Positions 39,819-52,286 of a stretch of 64,000 bases of DNA are shown here, piece by piece. A model generated the notes under the pieces. The model did not search any database. It saw nothing but the letters and a program-made list of their open reading frames with translations, and was not told the origin of the DNA. How positions within the stretch are numbered: the first letter of the stretch is position 1; each line of letters opens with the position of its first letter. Source of the stretch: Thermoanaerobaculia bacterium (GTDB lineage Bacteria; Acidobacteriota; Thermoanaerobaculia; Multivoradales; Multivoraceae); assembly GCA_963664405.1 (NCBI GenBank), contig OY761158.1, positions 384,001-448,000 of the forward strand. The letters are read 5' to 3'. The position numbers and the translations under genes were made by a program.

Positions 39819-40757
39819 TCAGCGCATCCAGCTTCTGGCACCAATGCGAGCGATCTGGTCGGAAAGCAAACCGACCGCCCATACGATCGCGCCGCCGAGA
39901 AAGGCCATCACGGCGGTCTCCGAAATGTTCCCCAGGGAGACATCGTAGACGAGCTTCACAGTGCCCACGGCAAAAAAGACCAACCCCAGCGGGATGAAGA
40001 CCCTGAGTGGGTTGAAGTAAACGATGGTACGTAAGACGAGCAGGAAGAAGTCGAAGGCATGCAGCGCGCGGATCTTCGAATCGCCTACGCGGGGCCGGTA
40101 ATCGATCGGATGGAAACGCACCAACGCCCCACTGCACAAGGCTGCAAGGGTCACCGAGGTCGTGAAAGAGAAACCCGCAGGCAGAACGTGACTGAAGCGA
40201 TCCACCAGATCGCGCCGAAGCACCCGGAGCCCCGAGTTGAGATCGGGAATGGAACAACCGGCAAGATAGCTGGCGAGGACGGCCAAGAACCACTTGGCCG
40301 GGCGCCGCGCCAAGGGGATGTGTACGTCCTTACCGACCCGCGCCCCGACCACCATATCGTAGCTTTCGGAGTAGCTCAGAAGCTGGGGTATCGACTCGGC
40401 CGGGTAGGTGCCATCAGCATCAATGATAAGAATTGTGTCGTGATCGGCTCTGGCGATGCCGACTTTGATGGCGGCACCGTAGCCCCGATTCTCCGGTATC
40501 GAAACGACCTCGGCGCCTGAGTCTCGGGCTTCCCTGGCAGTGTTGTCCGTGGATCCGTCATCGACGACGAGAATTTGATGCTGGATTCCGGCCTCCATCA
40601 AGGCTGAACGCACTTCCCGAACGCAGGCAGCAACACCTTGATCCTCGTTGAACGCTGGCATGACTACGCTAACGGCTGGCAGCCGCTGCTCGACAACAGC
40701 TCGTGACGACTCACCAGCGCCTTGTTGAGAACATCCTCGTGTCATGCTCAATCCCAT
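39819..40757 (-). CDS. GT2 glycosyltransferase (polyprenol-phosphate mannosyltransferase-like)
   Basis: VVMPAFNE, VDDGSTD, NRGYGAA, IDADG, DLNSG; two C-terminal TMs. Confidence 0.9.
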   Translation of the reverse strand: MGLSMTRGCSQQGAGESSRAVVEQRLPAVSVVMPAFNEDQGVAACVREVRSALMEAGIQHQILVVDDGSTDNTAREARDSGAEVVSIPENRGYGAAIKVGIARADHDTILIIDADGTYPAESIPQLLSYSESYDMVVGARVGKDVHIPLARRPAKWFLAVLASYLAGCSIPDLNSGLRVLRRDLVDRFSHVLPAGFSFTTSVTLAALCSGALVRFHPIDYRPRVGDSKIRALHAFDFFLLVLRTIVYFNPLRVFIPLGLVFFAVGTVKLVYDVSLGNISETAVMAFLGGAIVWAVGLLSDQIARIGARSWMR

Positions 40758-40763
40758 CCGGGC

Positions 40764-41300
40764 TCACAACGTCGTAAGGAGTCGCGCCGGCGGCGGGGCC
40801 TCCAGGTAGTCATGCAACGGATCGTCGATGAACGGGAAGACGTACTTTTCAACGTAGTCTCCACCCCACAGCTTCCACTCAAGCGATGCCTCCCCGACCC
40901 CGTCCAGAGTCGCCTCTCCGTACCGCCGGAAGCGGAGCTTGAAGAGTCTGACCTCTCCCTCCCGGATCGAACGAAGACAACGAAGACCAGGGCTGTCGAA
41001 GTCGCGCGATGTCACTGTTCTCTTGGGATGATCGCGCAGAGTGTTGGCGTCGCGAAGAAGCAGCCCGCCGACCGACTCGGGAGCAAGGTACTTGAGCTCA
41101 CGCCGCCTCACGGACACCCGCCTCCGACGCAAACAGGGGGGCGCCGGCTGCGAAGCCGTATCCTCCTTGACCTCATCGAAGACGATGCCGGACGAGATCA
41201 GCTGTGGCGCCGGGTAGCCCGGCTCGAGGACGTGAGTCGCCAGTCCGACCTCACCATGGCGGCCTTCGCCCGAGAATAGCTCTGCGACAAGCAAGCTAAC
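40764..41300 (-). CDS. Hypothetical protein or gene remnant
   Basis: Open frame filling the gap between the kinase and GT2; no motif recognised. Confidence 0.3.
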   Translation of the reverse strand, partial: VSLLVAELFSGEGRHGEVGLATHVLEPGYPAPQLISSGIVFDEVKEDTASQPAPPCLRRRRVSVRRRELKYLAPESVGGLLLRDANTLRDHPKRTVTSRDFDSPGLRCLRSIREGEVRLFKLRFRRYGEATLDGVGEASLEWKLWGGDYVEKYVFPFIDDPLHDYLEAPPPARLLTTL

Positions 41301-42344
41301 GGCTAGGCCCAGCAGCTGAGACCCCCGCCTCCTCTGCATCCTCTTCCGGCGCAGCCCCGGGCCAGTCCTCGCGGAGTACGAAAAAGGCCGCAATCAGGAT
41401 CGCGACAAGCGCAACGATCGCGACGACGCCAAGAAACACTCGTGAGACCTTCCTCTCGCCCTCCCGACCGGCACCTAGAAGCTTGGAGGTCGACCGTGAA
41501 AAGCCGTGCAGCTCGTTCAAGATTCCGAGTCGCAGCTGGTCCTCCAGGGCCGTGAGGCTGCGTCGAAGATCAGCGACCGAAGAGTAGCGATCTGCCGGAT
41601 TCTTGGCGAGGCACTTCAGTACCAAAGCGTCGATCTCAAAGGGGACCTCGGGGTTGCGGCTGCTCGGCAGGGCAACTCGACCTCCCGGCACCCGGCCCGT
41701 GAGCATCTCGTAAAAGATCACACCCGCCGAGTAGATGTTGCCCGTAGCTCCGGCTGTCTCCGGATCCTCGGCCTCCTCCGGCGACATGTAGTGAAGCGAA
41801 GCGATTCCACCCACCTGGGTCCGGGTCAACACCGTTCCCGTCGTGGGGCCGCCCTCCCGACATCGACCGAGGCCAAAGTCGGATGCCTTGACCAGAGCGA
41901 GATCCTCAGAGACGAGGATGTGCTCCGGAGCGAGGGCGTGGTGAAACAGATCCTGCTCATGAGCTGCCTGGAGCCCCGCCAAGATGCCCTTGAACACGCG
42001 TACGGCCTCGTGCAGGGAGAGGCGCCGACGACTCAAGACTTCAGTCAAAGGGACGCCGTTCAAGTACTCCATTACGAAGAACGCCCTGTCGCCCTCCCTT
42101 CCGTGATCGTAACGCGGAGAACGTTGTCGTGCTCGAGCTCTGACAGACGCTCGACTTCGTCCTCAAAGCGAGCGAGTGACTCTTCGTCCTCCGTCAACGC
42201 AGAATGAAGTAACTTGACGAGTACGACTCGCTGACGAGACTCCTTGACCGCGTCGAAAGTCTCGCCCGCGGCATCACGACCGCGCCGACGCATGATCTGG
42301 TAGGGGCCTATGGCCTTCAGGCTGTCTTCAGTCGATGTACTCAT
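41296..42344 (-). pseudogene. Membrane-anchored Hanks-type Ser/Thr (pseudo)kinase, 1-nt frameshift
   Basis: IGPY..VLVKLL..ARFEDE..HDNV, then MEYL, DFG, YMSPE, YEMLTG; one T missing at about 42111. Confidence 0.85.
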
Positions 42345-43645
42345 AGACGATCACTGTATCTCCCACCGCGATCCTATCGAGATGCCGCAGTGGAGTCTCC
42401 TCTACTCGTCGACCGTTCACCCTGGTTCCACCGCGACTCGCAAGGTCGACCAGGCGGTAGCCATCCTCCCCGGGCTCGAGCCGAAAATGCTCCTTACTCA
42501 CATGACGGGCCTGCAACACGAAATCACACCCTGCCGAGCGCCCCACCCGGACTTCGGTATCGCCGAGAGCGAACGACGAACCGTAGTCGGGGCCTTCAGA
42601 AACCCACAGCGTAGCTCGTGGTGACGGCGCGGTGTCTGGGCGCTCGGAATCGACGTGTCGCACATCGACGACGTTGACCTGGGGCTCGACCTCGAGAGTA
42701 CGGATCGGGAATGGGATCGTCAGGTCGGCGCGGCGAAATTCTTCCCAGATCGCCCGCTTGACATCGCTGTCGATGCGAGGGAGCTGCGCGATGTCCTCGA
42801 TCCACGCTCGCAACTCGTAGGTGATGGCACTGTCGTCGAAGGACTTAAGAAAGACGTTGGAGGTCGGGCTCTCCAACACGCCCGGCGCGCGAGCTGCAGC
42901 GTCGAGAAGTGCCTTCTCCACCCGGTAGGGAGGGTGGCGATAATGCGCGCCGACCAAGATGCGCAGCATGTGCAGCGGATGCGGATAGTAGAGATTGAGG
43001 ATCTCGTGAGCCGCGATCAGTCCGTTCGGAATCACCAGGTTGTCGTTCTCTCGAGTCCTCAGATGGGTAGTACGCCAAGTGATGTCCACGACCCGCCCCT
43101 CGATCTCTCGGAAGCGGATCCAATCGTTGATCCGAAAGGGCCGCTCTAGGCTGATCACGAGCCCGGCAAAGAAGTTTCCGAGAATAGGCTGTAAAGCTAG
43201 ACCGAGGACCAGGGAGGTCACCGCGCTGGTGGCTACGATCGGGGTCAGATTCAGCCCCGGATAGACCAGCGGCATGATCAGGAGGCCGGTAAGCACGTAG
43301 GCGCCCGCCAAGGCCACGCGACCGAGGAAGGGCGGCAAACGCAGCCCGCGCACCCCCGGCAGGTAGTAGTCGAAGAGGAAGAGCCCGAGAAGACGTAGTA
43401 CGACGATGAAGGCGAGAAAGAGAAGCGTCCATCTCAGCGCGCCCTCAAGCCGCGACATCTGGCCACTGTCGAAGAGCGAGAAAATCAAGAGCCCGACGGC
43501 AAGTGAGGCGACGTAGAGCGGGAAAGAACGCGAGCTGACGAAAAACCCGCGCCCGACGCTTCATGTAGAGCACCAGGATTACGAGAAGCGACGCTCCAGC
43601 GAGACTGGCGAAGAAACCGGTGACGAGACGGAGGGGATCTGACAT
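42328..43645 (-). pseudogene. MscS mechanosensitive channel fused to a C-terminal FHA domain, frameshift near the N-terminus
   Basis: LGLALQPILGNFFAG..PFRINDWI..IPN (MscS) plus VGRS..VSKEH..DLASRGGTRVNG (FHA); frame change at about 43522. Confidence 0.85.
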
Positions 43646-43900
43646 TTTTGGCAGGTCGAAAGCGCGAGATTCCGAGGCGAGCCGTTAGATGCTAATCGTT
43701 GCACCGGGCGGAGGCAACGGTTCGAAGCTCCCCACCCCGCTCCACGGATCGATCGAGGTAGTGAAGAAGCTGCGGCGGCGATGCTTGCCGCCTTCATCCC
43801 GACGAGAGGAGCGAAGCGAGCTTTTGCTACGAGCGCCCTCTGCTACGAGTAGGCGAGATTCGGCGCCACATTCGGACCTATCTATATCTCGAGCGCGGGG

Positions 43901-43930
43901 TTGACACGACCGGGCAATAGCTCCGAGAAT
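43901..43930 (+). promoter_or_regulatory. Candidate sigma70 promoter for the M23 peptidase gene
   Basis: TTGACA-18 nt-GAGAAT. Confidence 0.45.
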
Positions 43931-44024
43931 ACCCTGTCAACCGGCCCAGTATCGGCCAATCAGATCTTCTATTAGCGAGGAAGTCGGCATTTCCTTCGAC
44001 CCTACGGCGCGTCCTGCGCTAGCC

Positions 44025-44861
44025 ATGCACCGGAGGAGCATCCTCGACCGGGTGAGGTCCCGCTCGCCGTGGCTGCTGCTGAGCGTGTTGATGGTGACCG
44101 TTTTCGCCACCTTTTCGACTCTTCGTTTCGCGGCCCTGCAGGGAGGCGCAGAGGAGCTTCAGGCTCTGCAGAGGGAGAACCAGCGTCTGAGGGAGGTCAA
44201 CCGATCCTTCGAGCGTTCGCTCCAAGGCCTCCAAACTCGTCTGGCGGAGCAAGAGAGCCGTACCAACGAGCTAGCGATCGTGGCGGGCATCGAGCACGCG
44301 TCCCAGAAAGTAGAGGGCGCCGATGCTTCGAATCAAGCGGGCGTCGGCGGCACCTGGAGCCCTCACGATCAAACTCCCGACCTGCCCGACCTAGAGAACC
44401 GAGCCAGAACCCTCGCCGACTCCTTGGAGACGGTCAGTAGGGGTCTCACGCAGCGTGAGCTGCGTATCTCCGCCCGCCCCGCTCTAGCCCCGGTACGGGG
44501 CGTCATTACCAGTGGCTATGGCGAGCGAAGCGACCCGATCACCGGCGGCAGGGGCTTCCACCGAGGCCTCGACATCTCCGCCCCTCCAGGGAACCAGGTA
44601 TTTGCCACCGCCGACGGAATCGTCACCCGTGCCGGACGCAACGGCAACTTCGGTATGACGGTCTATGTTGCGCACGGCTTCGGTTACTCGACCCGTTACG
44701 CTCATCTGTCCACGATCCTGGTCAAACCTGGAGCGCGGGTCAAGAGAGGGGAAGTCGTCGGCGAAGTGGGGCGCTCGGGGCGCGCCACCGGGTACCATGT
44801 GCACTACGAAGTGTACGATGATGGCCGCTCGCAGAACCCCCTCTCCTACCTTCTCGACTGA
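44025..44861 (+). CDS. M23 family metallopeptidase
   Basis: HRGLD, YAHL, HVHYEV; N-terminal TM and coiled coil. Confidence 0.92.
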   Translation: MHRRSILDRVRSRSPWLLLSVLMVTVFATFSTLRFAALQGGAEELQALQRENQRLREVNRSFERSLQGLQTRLAEQESRTNELAIVAGIEHASQKVEGADASNQAGVGGTWSPHDQTPDLPDLENRARTLADSLETVSRGLTQRELRISARPALAPVRGVITSGYGERSDPITGGRGFHRGLDISAPPGNQVFATADGIVTRAGRNGNFGMTVYVAHGFGYSTRYAHLSTILVKPGARVKRGEVVGEVGRSGRATGYHVHYEVYDDGRSQNPLSYLLD

Positions 44862-44916
44862 TCCTCCCCGCGCTTCTCCTTTGGTGTTTTTGGGCCGCCT
44901 CTCGCCGGGCGCTGTC

Positions 44917-44925
44917 TGCTAAACT
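44917..44925 (+). promoter_or_regulatory. Candidate extended -10 promoter for secA
   Basis: TGCTAAACT about 80 nt upstream of the ATG. Confidence 0.35.
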
Positions 44926-45002
44926 GCGCGTGTCTTCCTTCTCGGCGCAGGCGTCATCCGTCGGCCGCTGTAACCCTGGACCAAGTCAGACCAGAGCTCC
45001 GC

Positions 45003-47738
45003 ATGTTGGGTCGCGCTCTAACCAAAGTATTCGGCAGTAAGCACGAGCGCGACATCAAGCGGGTGCAGCCGCTGGTGGTCGAGATCAGCGCTCTAGAGCC
45101 GGAGCTGAGGGCACTCTCGGACGACCAGCTCCGAGGAAGGACCGCATCGCTGCGAGAGCAGCTCGATCAGGGTGCGGCACTCGACGACCTCCTCGTCGAG
45201 GCCTTCGCCGTGGTCCGAGAGGCAGCCGTCCGAACCGTCCAGATGCGACCTTACGACGTCCAGCTGATCGGCGGTATCGTTCTCCATCGCGGCAAGATCG
45301 CAGAAATGAAGACCGGCGAGGGCAAGACCCTGGCAGCGACCCTGCCGGTCTACCTCAACGCGCTCACCGGAAAAGGAGTCCATGTCGTCACGGTCAACGA
45401 CTACTTGGCACGACGCGATGCGGAGTGGATGGGGCTCATCTATCGGTTTCTCGGACTCGAGGTCGGCATCATCCAGCACGACATGCCGGAAGCAGAGCGC
45501 AAAGCCGCATACGCAGCTGACCTGACTCACGGCACCAACAATGAGTTCGGTTTCGACTATCTACGCGACAACATGAAGTTCACCCTCGAGAGCATGGTTC
45601 AACGAGGTCACAGCTTCGCCATTGTCGACGAGGTCGACTCGATCCTGGTCGATGAGGCGAGGACTCCGCTTATCATCTCAGGCCCCTCCGAAGACTCCAT
45701 CGACAAGTACTACCAGCTCGACCGCATCATCCCCCGACTCGAGCAAGGCGAAGAGATTCAGGAAGGGGACGAAAAGTACACCACGGGCGACTTCCTCGTT
45801 GACGAAAAGGCTCACACCGTCGCTCTCACCGAAGAAGGGGTGGAGAAGGTCGAGAAGCTACTCGGCCTCGGGAACCTCTATGACATGGAGAACATGGACT
45901 TTCTCCACGGTGTCAACCAGGGTCTTAGGGCGCACACACTCTTCAAGCGCGATGTCAATTACCTGGTGAAGGAGGGCCAGGTAATTATCGTCGACGAGTT
46001 CACCGGTCGAATGATGCCGGGCCGGCGGTGGTCCGATGGTCTGCACCAGGCGGTCGAGGCCAAGGAGGGCGTGAAGATCGAGCGTGAAAACCAGACGCTC
46101 GCCACGATCACTTTCCAAAACTATTTTCGAATGTACGAGAAGCTTGGCGGGATGACCGGAACGGCCGATACCGAGGCTACCGAGTTTGGGGCGATCTACG
46201 ATCTCGACGTCGTGGTCGTCCCCACCAACATGCCGATGATCCGTGACGATGGCGAAGACATGGTCTACGTCACCGCCAATGAGAAGTGGAACGCTGTCGT
46301 CGATGAGATTCGTGACTGTCACCAGCGCGGTCAGCCAACCCTGGTCGGCACTATCTCGATCGAGAGCAGCGAGATGCTCTCGAAGCGGCTGGACAAGGCC
46401 CGCGTCAAGCACGTCGTGCTCAATGCGAAGTACCACGAGAGAGAAGCTTCGATCGTGGCTCAGGCAGGGCGAAAGGGTGCCGTCACAATTGCCACCAATA
46501 TGGCGGGACGCGGCACCGACATCGTTCTCGGCGGCAGCCCGGAGGGCCTCGCCCGTGCTCAGGCCAACCCGGAAGAAGAGCTCGAGAAGTACGAGTCGTC
46601 GCTCGACAACTACGAACGCTCCTGCGAAGAAGAAAGGGGTCAGGTGCTGGAAGCTGGCGGCCTCCACATCCTCGGCACCGAACGACACGAGTCCCGGCGC
46701 ATCGACAATCAGCTTCGCGGCCGCTCGGGGCGCCAGGGAGATCCCGGATCTTCGCGATTCTCCTTGTCCTTGGAAGACGACCTCATGCGCATCTTCGGAA
46801 CCGATCGAGTCAAGGGGCTGATGGGTCGACTGGGTATGGAAGAAGGTGAGCCGATCGAGGCAAAAATGGTCAGCCGGGCGATCGAGCGCGCTCAGACACA
46901 GGTCGAAGGTCGCAATTTCGAGATGCGCAAGCATCTGCTCGAGTACGACGACGTCATGAACAAGCAGCGGGAGGCGATGTATCAGCTCCGCCGCGACATT
47001 CTCGAGGGCGCGGAGGGGCGCGACTACATCCTCAAGATCTCCTCCGACATCGTCGACTACCTCGTCGAGACGCATTGCCCCGAAAAGGCGGATCCGCGCG
47101 ACTGGGACATCAAAGAGATCGCCACCGAGATGCTCGCCTATTTCGACATCGGCGTTCATAGCGGCCAGACGGCCCTGGACGAGCTCGGTGTCGAGGAGCT
47201 TCGCACCCATCTATTCGGCCTCGTCGAGGCCCGCTATACCGAAAAAGAGCAGAGGCTCGGCGAAGACCTGATGCGTGTTTTCGAGCGCGACGTCATGCTC
47301 AGAATCGCCGATCAATCGTGGAAAGACCACCTCCTCGCCCTCGACCACCTGCGTGAGGGAATCGGGCTGCGAGGGTATGGACAACGCGATCCCAAGAACG
47401 AGTACAAGAGAGAAAGTTACGAGCTCTTTCAGGAAATGAAGGAGCGGATCGAAGATACGATTCTGAAGACCCTATTTCGCCTCGAGCCGATCAGCCCGGA
47501 GCAAATGGAAGAAGAGAGACGCCGAAGGGCTCAGAGGGCCCCGCGCCCGAGCTTTCGCATGGGCCCCGAGCCCGGAGCCGCTCCCTTCACACCCTCCTCG
47601 GCTGGACCTCCTCAGGAGCCTGCCACGCCCCGGACGGTTGTGCGCCAAGGCGAGAAGGTCGGGCGCAACGCCCCCTGTCCCTGCGGCTCCGGCAAGAAAT
47701 ATAAGAAGTGCCACGGCGCCGCGCAAACGGTAACCTAG
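45003..47738 (+). CDS. secA: Preprotein translocase ATPase SecA
   Basis: [27 protein letters not shown]-terminal [13 protein letters not shown]. Confidence 0.99.
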   Translation: MLGRALTKVFGSKHERDIKRVQPLVVEISALEPELRALSDDQLRGRTASLREQLDQGAALDDLLVEAFAVVREAAVRTVQMRPYDVQLIGGIVLHRGKIAEMKTGEGKTLAATLPVYLNALTGKGVHVVTVNDYLARRDAEWMGLIYRFLGLEVGIIQHDMPEAERKAAYAADLTHGTNNEFGFDYLRDNMKFTLESMVQRGHSFAIVDEVDSILVDEARTPLIISGPSEDSIDKYYQLDRIIPRLEQGEEIQEGDEKYTTGDFLVDEKAHTVALTEEGVEKVEKLLGLGNLYDMENMDFLHGVNQGLRAHTLFKRDVNYLVKEGQVIIVDEFTGRMMPGRRWSDGLHQAVEAKEGVKIERENQTLATITFQNYFRMYEKLGGMTGTADTEATEFGAIYDLDVVVVPTNMPMIRDDGEDMVYVTANEKWNAVVDEIRDCHQRGQPTLVGTISIESSEMLSKRLDKARVKHVVLNAKYHEREASIVAQAGRKGAVTIATNMAGRGTDIVLGGSPEGLARAQANPEEELEKYESSLDNYERSCEEERGQVLEAGGLHILGTERHESRRIDNQLRGRSGRQGDPGSSRFSLSLEDDLMRIFGTDRVKGLMGRLGMEEGEPIEAKMVSRAIERAQTQVEGRNFEMRKHLLEYDDVMNKQREAMYQLRRDILEGAEGRDYILKISSDIVDYLVETHCPEKADPRDWDIKEIATEMLAYFDIGVHSGQTALDELGVEELRTHLFGLVEARYTEKEQRLGEDLMRVFERDVMLRIADQSWKDHLLALDHLREGIGLRGYGQRDPKNEYKRESYELFQEMKERIEDTILKTLFRLEPISPEQMEEERRRRAQRAPRPSFRMGPEPGAAPFTPSSAGPPQEPATPRTVVRQGEKVGRNAPCPCGSGKKYKKCHGAAQTVT

Positions 47739-47769
47739 CCACTAACATGATCAAATCGGAGACCGCATT

Positions 47770-49245
47770 TTGACCGAAGCCGATCTCCCGCTGGCCCTGA
47801 CTTTCGACGACGTCCTGCTCTCACCAGGAATGTCCGAGGTCCACCCCAACGACGTGGACCTCAAGACCAAGCTGTGCGACCGGATCACTCTCAACATCCC
47901 GCTGATCTCGGCAGCGATGGATACGGTAACCGAATCGAGACTCGCGATCGCTCTCGCCCAGGAAGGCGGCATCGGCGTGATTCACAAGAACCTCAGCGTC
48001 GAAGAGCAGGTAACCGAGGTCGACAAGGTGAAGCGCAGCGAGGCCGGCATGATCGTCGACCCGATCACGATGCGCCCGGAACAGCGGATCAGCGAAGCTC
48101 TGCAGTTGATGGCGAGCTACAAGATCTCCGGCGTACCTGTCACCGACGGTGACGGACACCTGGTCGGGATCTTGACCAACCGCGACCTCCGATTCGAGAC
48201 CCAGCTCGATCGCCGTATCGAAGAACTGATGACCAGTGAAGGCTTGATCACGGTCCCGGTCGGCACCACCCTCGAGGAGGCCAAGGCCGAGCTCCACACG
48301 CATCGCATCGAGAAGCTATTGGTGGTCGATGACGACGGAAACCTGAAGGGCCTGATCACGGTCAAAGACATCCAGAAGATGATGCAGTACCCCAACGCCT
48401 GCAAGGACGATCTCGGTCGGCTGAGAGTGGCGGCGGCGGTAGGAGCTGCCGGAGACTTCCTGGAGCGGGCCGAGGCCCTGGTCGAAGCAAAGGCCGATGT
48501 TTTGGTACTGGACTCCTCCCACGCTCATAGCCGTGGTGTCCTCAACGCCATAGCAGCGATCCGCGATCGATTCCCGGAAACCAGCATCATCGCCGGCAAC
48601 GTCGCCACTGCCGATGGAGCCCGAGAGCTCGTCGCTCGAGGCGTGAACGGCATCAAGGTCGGCATCGGCCCCGGTAGCATCTGCACCACTCGAGTGGTAA
48701 CCGGCGCAGGAGTGCCCCAAATCACGGCGATTCTGGAATGCAGCCGCGCTGCCGACGAGCAGGGGGTACCGGTCATCGCCGACGGTGGCGTCCGTTTCTC
48801 AGGCGACTTGACCAAGTCGCTTGCGGCCGGCGCTTCCGCGGTAATGATCGGTTCGCTCTTCGCCGGGACCGAAGAAAGTCCGGGAGAGACGATTCTCTAC
48901 CAGGGCCGCACCTACAAGGCACACCGCGGCATGGGCTCGCTGTCGGCAATGGCCAAGGGTAGTGCGGAGCGCTACTTTCAGAGCGAGGCCGGCGGCCTGC
49001 AAAAGCTCGTTCCCGAAGGTATCGAGGGTATGGTGCCTTACAAGGGCAGCGTCCACCAGATGGTAGGTCAGCTCACCGGCGGCCTCCGCCAAGGTCTCGG
49101 GCTCACAGGCAGTGCGGGCGTAGCCGAGCTCCGGCAGCGCAAGTCGCTCATCCGCGTCACCTCGGCCGGGCATCGTGAGAGCCACGCTCACGACATCGTC
49201 ATCACCAAGGAAGCGTCGAACTACTGGGTCGAACGGGGAGAGTGA
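47770..49245 (+). CDS. guaB: IMP dehydrogenase
   Basis: [11 protein letters not shown] pair, [21 protein letters not shown]. Confidence 0.98.
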   Translation: MTEADLPLALTFDDVLLSPGMSEVHPNDVDLKTKLCDRITLNIPLISAAMDTVTESRLAIALAQEGGIGVIHKNLSVEEQVTEVDKVKRSEAGMIVDPITMRPEQRISEALQLMASYKISGVPVTDGDGHLVGILTNRDLRFETQLDRRIEELMTSEGLITVPVGTTLEEAKAELHTHRIEKLLVVDDDGNLKGLITVKDIQKMMQYPNACKDDLGRLRVAAAVGAAGDFLERAEALVEAKADVLVLDSSHAHSRGVLNAIAAIRDRFPETSIIAGNVATADGARELVARGVNGIKVGIGPGSICTTRVVTGAGVPQITAILECSRAADEQGVPVIADGGVRFSGDLTKSLAAGASAVMIGSLFAGTEESPGETILYQGRTYKAHRGMGSLSAMAKGSAERYFQSEAGGLQKLVPEGIEGMVPYKGSVHQMVGQLTGGLRQGLGLTGSAGVAELRQRKSLIRVTSAGHRESHAHDIVITKEASNYWVERGE

Positions 49246-50402
49246 GACTCGCAGAGGCTTCGGTAAAGGGAGAAGTGGGCGTCCGCGACTACGCCGATCG
49301 AATACTCCTCTTCGAAGACTCTCCGAGCGGCCGCACCCATCTCGTCTTGCAGATCTTCATCGCCGAGCAGCCGGCCTAGAGCGGAAGCGAGGCCTTCCGC
49401 GTCTTCGGGATCTACCAGGATACCGGTAACACCGTCGCGGACGGCCTCGGGAACACCGGCGACTCGAGTGGCGACAACCGGAAGCGCGGCCGCCATAGCC
49501 TCGAGGATTGTCACCGGAAAGCCTTCGTAAAGCGAGGGGAGACAAAGCACCGCGGCTTTCTCATAATGTTGCGCGACCTCCTCGCGAGCCAAGGCGCCTC
49601 GGAAGCGGACCCGATCACTCAGTCCCAGAGCCGAGCACTGTCTTTCAAGCTCCCGCTCCTGCTCTCCCGAGCCGACAATGTCCAGAGTCACATCCGTGAT
49701 CCGCTCGACGAGCAGCGCCAACCCCTCCAGTAGAACTGCAACCGCCTTACGAGTTCGCAGCCGTCCTACGTAGAGAACGCCCTTGCCTCGGCCGCGGAGC
49801 CCCGGCTCGGAGACCGCGAGAACACCATTCGGGATCACCGCATCGACAGTGCAACGATAGTCGCGCTCGAGCTCGCGGGCGGTCGCCTGGCTTGGCGCCA
49901 CTACCGCGTCGGCTGCCTTCGCGGTGATACGTCCCATCACTGCGAGAAGAGGAGCGCGGCCCCAAGCAAAGATCCGCTCGCCGAGAGTCGGCCTGGAGAC
50001 GACTACACCGTCCACGCGGAGGCTTCTCACCGAGAGGCGCTCTTCGCGGTAAGAGACCTGCAGCGTGGCAACCACTCTAGCGGCGCCCGCACGGTGCCCC
50101 AGAAGACGACACACGCGGACCAGAAGGGCAGTGGGAGCTCCGTCCGATTCGTGAACATGGATCACCTCCGGCGGGCGAGCCCGAAAGCGCCACAGAAAAA
50201 CCGCAGCGGCGGTCAACGGGAACAGGATCTTGGGCCCCGGCACGCGAAGCAGCGTCGCGTCGCCACCCGTCCCACTAGCGCGACGAAGCACTCGCACTTC
50301 GTGACCTCGACGTCCGGCCTCACCCGCCAACTCCGCGACCAGAGCCCCGACCCCGGAGATGTCACCCGGTGGAAAGGTGTTTGTGATGAGTAGCAGCCTC
50401 AT
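49221..50402 (-). CDS. GT4 glycosyltransferase
   Basis: [22 protein letters not shown]. Confidence 0.92.
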   Translation of the reverse strand: MRLLLITNTFPPGDISGVGALVAELAGEAGRRGHEVRVLRRASGTGGDATLLRVPGPKILFPLTAAAVFLWRFRARPPEVIHVHESDGAPTALLVRVCRLLGHRAGAARVVATLQVSYREERLSVRSLRVDGVVVSRPTLGERIFAWGRAPLLAVMGRITAKAADAVVAPSQATARELERDYRCTVDAVIPNGVLAVSEPGLRGRGKGVLYVGRLRTRKAVAVLLEGLALLVERITDVTLDIVGSGEQERELERQCSALGLSDRVRFRGALAREEVAQHYEKAAVLCLPSLYEGFPVTILEAMAAALPVVATRVAGVPEAVRDGVTGILVDPEDAEGLASALGRLLGDEDLQDEMGAAARRVFEEEYSIGVVADAHFSLYRSLCESHSPRSTQ

Positions 50403-50459
50403 TTTCCTCTAGACCTCTGATAAGTTGACCCCAGCGTCAGCCCAGGGGGCCGCCGAACA

Positions 50460-52277
50460 GTGAGAGATTCAAGACTGCGTGTGGCCCTTTGGGTCGGATC
50501 CTCCTACGGAGCCCTCGTCTTTGGTGGGACGATCTCGCTCCTACACCTGTTTTACAACCGGTTGAGCAGCTTCCAGGACGCAATCGTTCTCTGGCTCTTC
50601 TTGGGTCTTCTCTTCGGCATTCCCTGTGCTCTGGTGTGCGGAGGTCTCACCGCGGGACGGATCCTCGTCGATCGCAAGGAGCATCGTAACAAAGCAGACA
50701 CAGGGCTCGATACGGCTCTTGCCGGACCGCTGACCTGCGCTCTCGCGCTATTTCACAGTGGCTTTTTTGTTCCGTTCTTTCTCTATGGCCTGACCTACGA
50801 CCAACTGCCGCTCGAGGCGCTCCGCAACCGCAGCGGGATGCTCTTATTTCTCGGCCTCAGCTCAGCGCTCATCGTCACAGCTGCCGGCTTCTTGTCGAGA
50901 CGGATTGCCCTCTTTCTTGGTGCGCGCCTGGCCGCAGGAAGCTGCAAACGCGGGCTGAGGCTAGGCTTCGCGATCGTCGCCGCCGGGCACCTTGTACTCG
51001 CCCTCACCTTCAAGCTGCTACCGAGTCCCTCCCCGCCTTCAGCAAGCCCATACCGACCCCTTCGGGAAGGAGCCGGTGCGCGCGGACGAGTCGTTTTCGT
51101 CGGACTCGACGGAGCGGACTGGCGGGTCGCGAAACCGCTCATCGAGTCCGGGGAGCTACCGGTCTTCGAAAAGCTCATCGCGGAAGGTGTTGCCGGCGAC
51201 CTGGCGACTCTCGGAGGTAGTAACTCGGCCGTTATCTGGGCCTCAATCTATACCGGCCGGCGCCCCCGCGAGCATGGGGTCCTCGACTTCTATCGCATTC
51301 GCCTGCCGGGCATGGCGGGCCCCGGCGTCTTTCCGGTCCACCGAACCTACTTCAAGGAGGCGGCGGACTTGCTGGAGCCTCTGGGACTCTCCCGCAGGCG
51401 CATCGCCGATCGCTCGTTTCTTCGACACCGACCGATCTGGGAGACCCTCGATGACCTGGGTCTGAGTGTCGGCGTCGTCGACGGCTATTACTTCTCGGTG
51501 CCGGCTCGCGGACAAGAGAACGGCCAGAGCTTCCTCTACTCCTACGCCTTGAACGCGACCTCGCGCCGAAAGGGGTGGCAGCCGAGGTCGCTGTCGGACG
51601 TCGAGACCGCGCTGCTGGTCAATCCTCCAAAGATGATCCGCCACTATCTTCCCTACGCGGGTAGCGAGGACTTCGACTGGCAATCCGGGACTTTGCTCGA
51701 GGTCCTCGAAGAGGAGTCTCAGCCCGACTTTCTGCAGCTCTACACCCACCAGCCCGACAGCGCCCAACATTCCTACTGGAAGTGGCATGCGCCGGACCTC
51801 TTTCTGGGTGTCGATTCTCGAGAATTGGCCGAAAACGGCCCCGAGATCGCCCGAATTTACCGTGACGTCGACCGCTTTCTCGGCGCGCTACTTGCGAGGC
51901 TGGAGCCGGACACTACTCTGATCGTAGCTTCCGACCACGGGCACAGCCCGACACTCACCCACAAGCTCTACACTCAGCATCGACACGGTCCGCCTGGTGT
52001 GATCCTGATGTGGGGTCCTCGAATCGAGCCGGGAGCGGAGCTGATCGCCCCTCATATCTACGACTTGGCGCCCACCCTTCACCACCTCCTCGGCCTCCCG
52101 GTCGCGAGTGACATGGCCGGCCGAGTTCTGCTCGAGGCGCTGAAGGAAGGCGACCCGAGCGACGTTCGTCAGATCGACTCCTACGACGCCTTCGACCCCG
52201 GCTTCGAGGATCAGGGGCCCAGCCTGGAGCTCAACGAAGAAGAGCTCGAGCGTCTACGAACTCTGGGCTACGTCTAG
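50460..52277 (+). CDS. Membrane-anchored alkaline-phosphatase-superfamily (phosphodiesterase-like) protein
   Basis: N-terminal TMs; GLDGADW, WASIYTG, DSAQH, SDHG, DLAPT, LRTLGY. Confidence 0.85.
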   Translation: MRDSRLRVALWVGSSYGALVFGGTISLLHLFYNRLSSFQDAIVLWLFLGLLFGIPCALVCGGLTAGRILVDRKEHRNKADTGLDTALAGPLTCALALFHSGFFVPFFLYGLTYDQLPLEALRNRSGMLLFLGLSSALIVTAAGFLSRRIALFLGARLAAGSCKRGLRLGFAIVAAGHLVLALTFKLLPSPSPPSASPYRPLREGAGARGRVVFVGLDGADWRVAKPLIESGELPVFEKLIAEGVAGDLATLGGSNSAVIWASIYTGRRPREHGVLDFYRIRLPGMAGPGVFPVHRTYFKEAADLLEPLGLSRRRIADRSFLRHRPIWETLDDLGLSVGVVDGYYFSVPARGQENGQSFLYSYALNATSRRKGWQPRSLSDVETALLVNPPKMIRHYLPYAGSEDFDWQSGTLLEVLEEESQPDFLQLYTHQPDSAQHSYWKWHAPDLFLGVDSRELAENGPEIARIYRDVDRFLGALLARLEPDTTLIVASDHGHSPTLTHKLYTQHRHGPPGVILMWGPRIEPGAELIAPHIYDLAPTLHHLLGLPVASDMAGRVLLEALKEGDPSDVRQIDSYDAFDPGFEDQGPSLELNEEELERLRTLGYV

Positions 52278-52286
52278 CGGCCGACA

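Noticed and set aside
45858-47210. Long antisense ORFs here and at 19569-20831, 24415-25698, 37912-39084
   Set aside because: Expected shadows of high-GC coding strands
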